Below are positions 25,692 through 34,778 of a stretch of DNA of 39,637 nucleotides, one piece after another; position 1 is the first letter of the stretch; each line of letters opens with the position of its first letter. The translations under genes were made by a program, and so were the position numbers. Below the pieces are notes generated by a model. The model was not told where the DNA came from. It was given only the letters and a program-made list of their open reading frames with translations, and did not search any database. The DNA comes from Bacilli bacterium (GTDB taxonomy: Bacteria; Bacillota_I; Bacilli_A; RF39; UBA660): the NCBI GenBank assembly GCA_045638445.1, contig JAZUBJ010000054.1, positions 1 to 39,637 of the forward strand, read 5' to 3'.

Positions 25692-28600
25692 GTGATAGAT
25701 GCTAAATTAGAAAGACTATTTAATACAATAAACTTTAATAAAGATTATTATTTATATTTTAAAAATGCTTCTGTAAAAGAAGTTCTTTTGCTTAAAAAAA
25801 TAAATAGAATGACACTTGTAATAGAAATAGATAATTTAATACCATTAGATGTATTTAAAGAATTATTTCAAAAAGCAAGCACATTAAAAGGAGCAGATTC
25901 TGTAAAATTTAAATTTATTGTAAAAAATAATACATTGTATTTTAATGATTACTTTAACTATTACTTTGATATAACAATAAAAAAATCACCTATGTTAAAT
26001 TGCATAGACAAAGACAAAATAAAAATAGATGGAAGTAAAATTCATTTTGATGTATTAAACACAGCAGAAAAAAATAAAATAGAAGAAATAAGCGATAAAA
26101 TTATTGAATTTATGTCAGATATGGGATTTGATAATACAGAAGTAAGCGTAACAATAAATGAAGAAGAAAGAAAAAAATTCATTGAAGAAATAGAACATAT
26201 CCAAGAAGTTAAAATAAATAAACAAACAAGTAAAGTAATAAAAGGAAAGAGCGTTCTTGGTGACTTAAGTGATATTAAAAACTTAACAACAGATCAAAGA
26301 AATGTTGCAATACTTGCAGAAGTATTCGGAGTAGACTCAAATACGACACAAAGTGGATGGTTCATTATAACATTAAAATTAACTGATTACACAGATAGTA
26401 TGATAGGAAAAATGTTTACAAAAGATGAAGGTGAATATAATAAATTACTATCAGAAATAAAACCAGGTAAATGGTATAAAATGAAAGGTAGTGTTTCATT
26501 TAATACAAGAAGTAATGACTATGAATTTAGCATTAACGATGTAGAAAACTATGAGAAAAAAGTAGAAAAAATTGTAGATGATGCACCGGTTAAGAGAGTA
26601 GAATTACATGCTCATACTATGATGAGTCAAATGGATGGACTTACTAAACTTGATTTAGGAAAACATACATGCGAATTAATAAGTAGAACAATAGATATGG
26701 GGTATAAAGCTGTAGCAATAACTGATCATAACGGATGTCAAGCATTTCCAATTTGTTATAGTTTAATAAAAGGATATAATAAAAAACAAGAAGATCCAGA
26801 AAAGAAATTTAAAGGATTATTTGGAACAGAATTAACATTAGTTGATGACACAATTAGAATAGTTGTAAGACCAGATGAAACGAAACTTGAAGGAACTGAA
26901 TTTGTAGTATACGATACAGAAACTACAGGGTTTAATGCAGCAAACGGAGATCAAATGATTGAAATCGGAGCTGTTAAAATCAAAGATGGAATGATTACTG
27001 ATAGATTTGACGAATTTATAAATCCAGGAAGAAAGTTACCAGATAAAATTGTTGAACTAACTCAAATAACAGACGAAATGTTATCATCAGCAGAAGATGA
27101 AAAAACAGTAACAAAAAAATTCCTAGACTGGGTAGGAAATGCACCAATGGTAGCACATAATGCAAAATTTGATATTAGTTTTATTGAAATGGCAATGAAA
27201 AAATATGATCTTGGAGAATTTACAAATACAGTAATTGATACATTAGAATTATCACGTGCATTAGATCAAGGTTTTGCACGTCATAGTCTTTCAGCACTTG
27301 TTAAAAGATATAATGTTCCATTCGATGAAGACGCTCACCATAGAGCAGACTACGATGCAGAAGGAACAGCATTAGTTTTTCATAAAATGATGAATAAATT
27401 AATTCAACAAAACTATGAAAAAATATCTGACTTAGAAAGACTAATTTCAAAAGATGAAATACATAAATTCGGAAGAACTTATCACTTTAATGCAATCGCA
27501 TTAAATAGAGAAGGACTTAAAAATTTATTTAAAATAATATCACTTGCAAATACAACTTATTTATATAAAACACCACGTATCTTAAGAAGTAAATTAAATG
27601 AATTAAGAGAAGGATTGATTATAGGAAGTGGATGTTATGAATCAGAAGTATTTATAGAAGCAAGAAGTAAAGATGGAGAAGAATTAACAAATATAATAAA
27701 TTTCTATGATTATATAGAAGTTCAACCGCCAGAAGTATATGATCATTTACTTCAAACTGGTGATTTTGCAAACATTTTTGAACTTAAAAATCATATAAAG
27801 AAAATTGTCGAAGCAACAGAAGATGCAGGAAAAATAATTGTTGCAACGGGAGACGTTCATCACTTTACAAGAGACGACAAAATATATAGAGAAATAATTG
27901 TTAATCAAAAAGTACCAGGCGGAGGAAGACATCCACTTGCTAAAAATAACATAACATCAATACCATCTCAACACTTTAGAACAACAAATGAAATGTTAGA
28001 AGACTTTGACTTCCTAGGAAAAGAAAAAGCATATGAAATAGTTGTAACAAACACAAATAAAGTTGCTGATATGGTAGAAGAAATAGAAGTAATTATAGAT
28101 ACTCACGGAGTACCATTCTCACCAAGAGTTAGAAGTGATGATGGACAAAGTTACTTAGACTGTCCAAGAGTAGTTACAGACTTAGTTTATGAAAAAGCGT
28201 CCTCTATGTATGGAGACGTACTTCCACAAAATATAGAAGAACGTATTGCAAAAGAACTATACGGAGATGCTGTATATAAATATTGGAATGAAAAACTAAA
28301 AGAAGAAAATCCAAATATAACAGAAGAAGACTTAGTAAATGAAACATTTAAAAATCTTCACTCAACAATATTAGAAGGATTTGATAAAGTAAAAGAATTA
28401 TTAAGTGAATATGTTAAAAAGAACTGGAAAGAAGAAGACGGAGAAATGGATGAAAAATCTATTTCTAAAAAAGTTAAAAAAACACTTGGAGGTATCATTG
28501 GAGGAGGATTCGACCCAATATACCTAATCGCGCAAAGATTAGTTAAACACTCAAACGATGATGGATTCATAGTAGGATCGAGAGGTTCTGTAGGAAGTAG

Positions 28601-30305
28601 TTTCGTAGCAACACTAATGGGTATTACAGAAGTAAATCCACTTCCAGCTCACTATAGATGTACTGAATGCAGACATAGTGAATTTGAAGATGAAAATGGC
28701 TCTTCTCTAGGAGCAACTTATTCAAGTGGATTTGATTTACCGGATAAAGAATGTCCAAACTGCAAAATAAAAATGAAAAAAGATGGACAAGACATGCCAT
28801 TCGCAACATTCTTAGGATTTAATGCAGACAAAGTACCAGATATAGACCTTAATTTCTCAGACTTAAACCAAGCAAGCGCACACGAATATACAAAAGTATT
28901 ATTCGGAGTAGATAACGTTTATAGAGCAGGAACAATAGGTACAGTAGCAGAAAAAACAGCATATGGATTTGTACGAGGCTATTTCGAAGACAAAGGAATA
29001 TTTGATAAACGTTCTTGCGAAATCGAAAGACTTGCTGCAGGATGTACAGGCGTAAAAAGAACAACAGGACAACATCCAGGAGGGATCGTTGTTGTACCAG
29101 ACTATATGGACGTTTCAGAATTTACTCCATTCCAATTCCCAGCAGATGATGCAACTTCACCATGGAGAACAACACACTTTGATTATCACTCAATTGAAGA
29201 AGATTTATTAAAACTAGATATATTAGGCCACTCAGACCCAACACAATTAAGATTAATACAAGATTTAAGTGGAACAAACGTATTAGATGTGCCACTAGAT
29301 GATAAAGATACAATGAGTATATTCTCAAGTACAGATGTTTTAGGAGTAACAAACGAACAAATAATGTGTCCAACAGGTACACTAGGAATTCCAGAATTTG
29401 GAACAAACTTCACAATAAGTATGGTTAATGAAACTAAACCAACAACATTTGCAGAACTTGTAAAAATATCAGGTCTATCTCACGGAACTGACGTATGGCT
29501 TGGAAATGCAAGAGACTTATGTACACCAGATGAAGATGGTAACATAAAAGTACCTTTCAAAGAAGTAATCGGGTGTAGAGATGATATAATGGTATACTTA
29601 ATGTATAAAGGATTGCCACCAATCAAAGCATTTAAAATAATGGAATTCGTACGTAAAGGAAAAGCATCAAAAGAACCAGCAGCCTGGGCAGAACATGCTG
29701 CTACAATGGAAGAATATGGAATAGAAGATTGGTACATTGAATCATGTAGAAAAATCAAATACATGTTCCCAAAAGCACACGCAGCAGCATATGTAACAAG
29801 TGCATTTAGAATTGCATGGTATAAAGTACATTTACCACAATATTTCTATGCGTCATGGTTCTCAACAAAAGCAACAGACTTTGATATAGAAGCAATGATA
29901 AAAGGATATGATGCAATAAAAGACAGAATAGTTGAAATTAACAATAAAGGATTCGAAGCATCAAATAAAGAAGCAGGAATATCAGAATGCCTAAAAGTTG
30001 CACTTGAAATGTCAGCTCGTGGATTAAAAATAACTAATTTTGATTTATATAAATCAAAAGGATTAACTTTTGGAGTAGAAGACGATCATACATTAATCCC
30101 ACCATTTATAACAATAGATGGACTAGGAGAAACAGTTGCTAAAAATATAGAATCTGAAGCACAAAAACATCCATTTATAAGTGTAGAAGATTTCCAAAAT
30201 AGATGTAAAGTATCGCAAACATTAATTGACAAAATGAGAAATTTAGGAGTATTCAAAGGAATGCCAGAAAGTTCTCAACTATCATTATTTGATTTCGAGG
30301 TGTAA
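25692..30305 (+). CDS. polC: DNA polymerase III, PolC type
   Basis: 1537 aa. GTG start with a GAGGT SD. DEDDh exonuclease insertion ([26 protein letters not shown]). Zn finger [41 protein letters not shown]. QLSLF clamp motif near the C-terminus. Confidence 0.92.
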   Translation: [1537 protein letters not shown]

Positions 30306-30307
30306 TC

Positions 30308-31057
30308 ATGAAAATAGTAGTACTATCAAGTAGTTCAAAAGGAAATTCAACATACATTGAACTAAATAACGTAAAATTTCTAATAGATGCAGGCCTTGGA
30401 TTCAATGATATAAAAGAAAAATTATATGAAATTGGAGTATCACCTGATGAATTAAACTTTATAATTGTTACTCATGCACACTCAGATCACGTAAGAAGTA
30501 TTCACTCATTTAATAGAGTCTATAATACAAAAATATATATTGGTTCCTCTACATATGAAGAATATAGTAAAAAAGAACTGATTAAAAATTACGAGTTTTT
30601 AGATGAACTAGATGAAATTGAAGGATTAAAATTCACAAAAATACCAATTTCACACGATAAAAGCGGTTATGGATTTGTATTTGAATACAATAATAAATCT
30701 GTTTGTTATATGGCAGATACAGGAATGATACACTTTAAATTCCATAAATATATGAAAAATAAAACAGTATATGTATTTGAAAGTAATCATGACGTATTTA
30801 TGGAAATGAATGGTACAAAAGATGAACTAACTAAATTAAGAAATATTGGAGATGAAGGCCACCTTTCAAATGAAGATTGTGCAATGTATTTAAATAAACT
30901 TATCGGAAATAATACAACTGATATAATATTAATTCATATAAGTGAACACGACAACTTACCAGAAAAAGCATATGAAGTTAATAGAACTAGTATTATAGAT
31001 GATATAAAAATACATATGTCATACCCAAATAAAATAAGTGATATCATAGAAATATAA
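30308..31057 (+). CDS. MBL-fold metallo-hydrolase, YycJ/WalJ-like
   Basis: HAHSDH (HxHxDH). The N-terminus MKIVVLSSSSKGNSTYIE..FLIDAGL..IIVTHAHSDH is colinear with B. subtilis YycJ as I remember it. It starts 2 nt after the polC stop. Confidence 0.75.
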   Translation: MKIVVLSSSSKGNSTYIELNNVKFLIDAGLGFNDIKEKLYEIGVSPDELNFIIVTHAHSDHVRSIHSFNRVYNTKIYIGSSTYEEYSKKELIKNYEFLDELDEIEGLKFTKIPISHDKSGYGFVFEYNNKSVCYMADTGMIHFKFHKYMKNKTVYVFESNHDVFMEMNGTKDELTKLRNIGDEGHLSNEDCAMYLNKLIGNNTTDIILIHISEHDNLPEKAYEVNRTSIIDDIKIHMSYPNKISDIIEI

Positions 31058-31078
31058 GCATACGAAAGTATGCTTTTT
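31056..31078 (+). terminator. Rho-independent terminator
   Basis: aagcatac-gaaa-gtatgctt followed by Ts. Confidence 0.7.
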
Positions 31079-31088
31079 ATATACAAAA

Positions 31089-31117
31089 TTGACAAAAACG
31101 AACATTTGTTATATAAT
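31089..31117 (+). promoter_or_regulatory. Consensus sigma-A promoter of paralog module 1
   Basis: TTGACA, 17-nt spacer, TATAAT. AGAGGGG SD at 31134-31140. Confidence 0.7.
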
Positions 31118-31146
31118 ATAAAACAATTTAAAAAGAGGGGATAAAT

Positions 31147-31794
31147 ATGGATAGAGAAAAATTAATAGAATATTTAGAACAAAATAATTTATTAGAAGTA
31201 TTACAAAGACAAATGCATTATATAAACTTTCCAAGATATAGAAAAGTAGTAGGAAAAAGTTTATATTTGGATTATTTAGAAAAAATTGATATGCATTATA
31301 ATACAGTATATTATATAGATGGATATGATTTCTTTAAAGAAGAAGATAATCACATAATGTTTGATGAGTATCATTATTTACAAGCAAAAGAAAAATCACC
31401 AATTGAATGTTATACAGAAAAGAAAATTAATATGATAGAACTTAAACGTTTAATAAGAACATTACCAGAAAATAAATTAATGATATTATTAAGAAAACTA
31501 AATTTACCAAAAAGTACTTTAGAAAAAATAATTGGAGCATTTGTAGATATAAATGAAGATAAAACGGTAAATGTAGAAAAAAATAAAAGTGATATACAAG
31601 TTATAACAAAAAGTATTAACGATATCCAAGTAGGTCTTTTAACAATAATTTCAGTAATGGGTGACGAGATAACAAAAGCTGATATGCAAAATGTAGATAG
31701 AATTATAAAAAAAGCAACAGCTCACTTATCAAAATTAAATCAAGAGATAATTGAAAAAGAATATGAAAAACCAAGTTCATTAAAATTAAAATAA
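31147..31794 (+). CDS. Uncharacterised paralog family member 1 (LxLK-tail protein)
   Basis: 215 aa. Aligns with the four downstream ORFs (LIEYLEQNNL, YDEYHY, SPI, LIRTLPENKLMILLRKL). Ends SSLKLK. Confidence 0.7.
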   Translation: MDREKLIEYLEQNNLLEVLQRQMHYINFPRYRKVVGKSLYLDYLEKIDMHYNTVYYIDGYDFFKEEDNHIMFDEYHYLQAKEKSPIECYTEKKINMIELKRLIRTLPENKLMILLRKLNLPKSTLEKIIGAFVDINEDKTVNVEKNKSDIQVITKSINDIQVGLLTIISVMGDEITKADMQNVDRIIKKATAHLSKLNQEIIEKEYEKPSSLKLK

Positions 31795-31806
31795 TAAGGA
31801 GAAATT

Positions 31807-32442
31807 ATGAATATTGAAAATATAATAAGCTATTTAGAAGAAAATAATTTAATTGAGAATTTATCAAAAAAAATGTATTATATGCATTTTAGTAATTTCA
31901 GAAAAGTCCTAGGAAAAAGTGCATCAGCAGACTGGTTAGAAAGAGTAGAATTGTTTTATACTACTAAATACTATTTAAACGGACGAGAATTTTTTAAAGA
32001 AGAATTAAGCACAATATATGATGAATGGGATTATATAGGAACAATAAGTACATCACCAATACAAACGTATACAAAAAAACCATTCACAAAAAGAGGATTA
32101 GTAGAATTATTAAAAAAATTGCCAAAAGAAAAAATTGAATTATTAATGAGATCTTTAAATATAGAAGAACAAGAAATACAAAGATTACTTAATCAAACAA
32201 AAGAAACTAATAATCAATCAAAAGAAAAAATAAAAAAAGAAAAAGAAATAGCAGAACTTTTAAAAAGTATTGTTGACATGCAAATAGCACTTGGTACAAT
32301 GGTACATATAATGGGTTCTCAATTAACAAGAAGTGATATACAAAATGTAAGTTCAATAACAAAAAAAGCAAAAGAATATTTGAACACTCTTAAAGAAGAG
32401 TCAAAAGATTTAGAAGAACAAACAACATTAACACTTAAATAG
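31807..32442 (+). CDS. Uncharacterised paralog family member 2
   Basis: 211 aa, AAGGAG SD. IISYLEENNL, YDEWDY, SPI, LLKKLPKEKIELLMRSL. Ends TLTLK. Confidence 0.7.
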   Translation: MNIENIISYLEENNLIENLSKKMYYMHFSNFRKVLGKSASADWLERVELFYTTKYYLNGREFFKEELSTIYDEWDYIGTISTSPIQTYTKKPFTKRGLVELLKKLPKEKIELLMRSLNIEEQEIQRLLNQTKETNNQSKEKIKKEKEIAELLKSIVDMQIALGTMVHIMGSQLTRSDIQNVSSITKKAKEYLNTLKEESKDLEEQTTLTLK

Positions 32443-32450
32443 GTGAATTT

Positions 32451-33284
32451 ATGGAAATGAGAAAAAGAATAGTAGAACAATTAGAAAAAGAAGGATTAAT
32501 AGAAATTCTAAGAGAAGAGATTTATTATAAAAACAACATTGTAAATAAAAAAATAAAAGGTCCTAGTGGATATCACGGAGGATTCGATAGAATTGATTTA
32601 GATTATGATGAAACATATTATATGGGAAGAACAGTATTATTTAAAGAAAGAAAAAACTATGACTATGATGAATGGAATTTTGTGTTGCTACCAGATAAAT
32701 CACCAGTATTAACAGGTGAAATAATGAAACCGACTGAATATCAAATCAAACAATTATTACTTAAATTACCAGAAGACCAATTAGTAAATGTAATTTTAAA
32801 AGCAAAATCAATTCAAGAAATTAGAAGATATCAATTATCAGAAGAAATAATAAGCTATTTAGAAAATAATGGATTAACAACAATAGTATTAAATAATATG
32901 TGTTATATAAATAAACCAGAAAGAAAAAGAAAGTTAAGAAAAAGTAAAAAAGCAGAAGAATGGACAAATCTTCATGAAGTCGAATTAACTTATAGAAAGC
33001 ATTATTTATTATGTGATAACGATCCAAATGAAAGCAATATACTACATGTTGAAGAATTGAAACTTGAATATGATGAAGCAGATTATACATATGCTACAGG
33101 AAAACGTCCATTAAGTGAAGATGCGTTTCCTCTAACAAAAAATGAATTATTAGCATTAATTAAAAGATTACCATATAACGAATTACAATTATTAATGAAA
33201 AAAGTAAATAAAATAGTATCAGGAATAAATTCAAATAGACAACATGGTAATTTAAATCAAATACCAAAATTAATATTAAAATAA
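32451..33284 (+). CDS. Uncharacterised paralog family member 3 (two tandem N-modules, no helical hairpin)
   Basis: 277 aa. The module occurs twice (IVEQLEKEGL..YDEWNF..SPV..LLLKLPEDQL and IISYLENNGL..YDEADY..RPL..LIKRLPYNEL). Ends KLILK. Confidence 0.7.
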   Translation: MEMRKRIVEQLEKEGLIEILREEIYYKNNIVNKKIKGPSGYHGGFDRIDLDYDETYYMGRTVLFKERKNYDYDEWNFVLLPDKSPVLTGEIMKPTEYQIKQLLLKLPEDQLVNVILKAKSIQEIRRYQLSEEIISYLENNGLTTIVLNNMCYINKPERKRKLRKSKKAEEWTNLHEVELTYRKHYLLCDNDPNESNILHVEELKLEYDEADYTYATGKRPLSEDAFPLTKNELLALIKRLPYNELQLLMKKVNKIVSGINSNRQHGNLNQIPKLILK

Positions 33285-33287
33285 ATA

Positions 33288-33311
33288 AAACATGTACTAT
33301 ACATGTTTTTT
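33288..33311 (+). terminator. Rho-independent terminator of module 1
   Basis: aaacatgta-cta-tacatgttt followed by Ts. Identical to the terminator at 34779. Confidence 0.75.
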
Positions 33312-33354
33312 ATTTGAAATTTAACAACAAAATAAAATGCAAAGTAAACAAAAC

Positions 33355-33383
33355 TTGACATTTTGTTAGAATTATGATATAAT
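33355..33383 (+). promoter_or_regulatory. Consensus sigma-A promoter of paralog module 2
   Basis: TTGACA, 17-nt spacer, (TGa)TATAAT. AGAGGGG SD at 33396-33402. Confidence 0.7.
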
Positions 33384-33408
33384 ACACAGCAATTAAGAGG
33401 GGTATAAA

Positions 33409-34101
33409 ATGAAAATAATTGATAAAAAAACAAATAGTATTATAAGTGACACAGAAAATAACAAACAGTTTGCATCAAAATTAATGGATTATATTTTAGC
33501 AAATAATCTACAAGATTATGTAATAGAACATTTATATATTAAAAACGAATTAGTTAGTAAAGAAGCTTTTGCAAGAAGCTATTCTGTTCCATGGTTAAAA
33601 TGTTATAGAATAGAATATTTGGTAAATTACTACTTTGATGATGTATTATTATCAAAAAATCCTGAGCATCTATCTTATGATGAACATGATTATTTAAATG
33701 AATTAGATAAGCCAGTTAACTTTAATTCTAAACAAAAAATAATTAAACCTATGCTATTATTAACACTTCAACAAATGAATTATTCAGCATTGTTGTATAT
33801 AGGAAGTAAACTAGGTTTGACAAGCAGTGATATGTCTAAAATGGTAGATGAAGCACAATATGATAAAAGAAACGAAGAAAGAATTAATGAAATGAATAGA
33901 AGAGTAAATCAAATAAATTTATTAAGACAATATATGCAAAACATTAAAGAAGGTCTTTCTATGATCGAAGCATCTATGGGAAGAGAATGTGAAAAAGAAT
34001 TTGCGATGTTAGGTGAATTATCAGAAGATGTAGAAAAATATATTTCAAATTTAGAAGATGAAATTCAATTTGAACAAAATTTATCATTAAGTTTAAAATA
34101 A
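33409..34101 (+). CDS. Uncharacterised paralog family member 4
   Basis: 230 aa. LMDYILANNL, YDEHDY, KPV, LLYIGSKLGLTSSDMSKMV. Ends LSLSLK. Confidence 0.7.
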   Translation: MKIIDKKTNSIISDTENNKQFASKLMDYILANNLQDYVIEHLYIKNELVSKEAFARSYSVPWLKCYRIEYLVNYYFDDVLLSKNPEHLSYDEHDYLNELDKPVNFNSKQKIIKPMLLLTLQQMNYSALLYIGSKLGLTSSDMSKMVDEAQYDKRNEERINEMNRRVNQINLLRQYMQNIKEGLSMIEASMGRECEKEFAMLGELSEDVEKYISNLEDEIQFEQNLSLSLK

Positions 34102-34118
34102 AGGAGAATAAAAAGAAT

Positions 34119-34775
34119 TTGAAAAATGAAATAAACAAACAATTTGCAATTAAATTACTAAAATATATTGAAGAAAATAATTTAAAAAATCACATATTAG
34201 GTAATTTTAATTATATGAATGATTTCCATAGCGAATACGTGATAGGAGAAAGCTTTGGATGTGATTGGATGAATCGTTGTGCAATTGATTATTCTGTTAA
34301 ATATTATTATGGCGATACTTTTTTATATGAAAAAGAAGAACAAATATCATATGATGAATTTGATTATATAGGGACAAATCAAAAACCAATTCAATTTGAT
34401 ATTAAAATTAAAATACCAGAATATTTATTATTAAGAGAATTAGAAAAATTAGATATGTCATCATTAACAATTATTGCAAGTGAAATAGGGTTATCTAGTA
34501 TTGAAATACAAAAAATGATAATTGAAATCGAATTGGAAGAAATCAATTCAGAACAATTAAAAGAAATCAATAAAAAAATATCTCAAATTACTGCTTTAAG
34601 AAATCGTTTACAAAGTATTAAAGATGAACTTTTATTAATAGGAAATAATAATGGTAGAAAATTTGATGAGGAAGTATTAAAAATATCTGTATTAACTAAA
34701 GAATTTGAAGAATATATCAATAAATTAGAAAATGAAATTGAAGAAGAAAAACAATCGATTTTAAGATTAAAATAA
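34119..34775 (+). CDS. Uncharacterised paralog family member 5
   Basis: 218 aa. Only TTG 34119 keeps the conserved N-terminal helix (LLKYIEENNL) in frame. AAGGAG SD 12 nt upstream. YDEFDY, KPI, LTIIASEIGLSSIEIQKMI. Ends ILRLK. Confidence 0.6.
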   Translation: MKNEINKQFAIKLLKYIEENNLKNHILGNFNYMNDFHSEYVIGESFGCDWMNRCAIDYSVKYYYGDTFLYEKEEQISYDEFDYIGTNQKPIQFDIKIKIPEYLLLRELEKLDMSSLTIIASEIGLSSIEIQKMIIEIELEEINSEQLKEINKKISQITALRNRLQSIKDELLLIGNNNGRKFDEEVLKISVLTKEFEEYINKLENEIEEEKQSILRLK

Positions 34776-34778
34776 ATT

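Noticed and set aside
33337-33369. 10-codon mini-ORF (MQSKQNLTFC) between the two paralog modules.
   Set aside because: It has no SD, overlaps the -35 of the module 2 promoter, and is too short to support.
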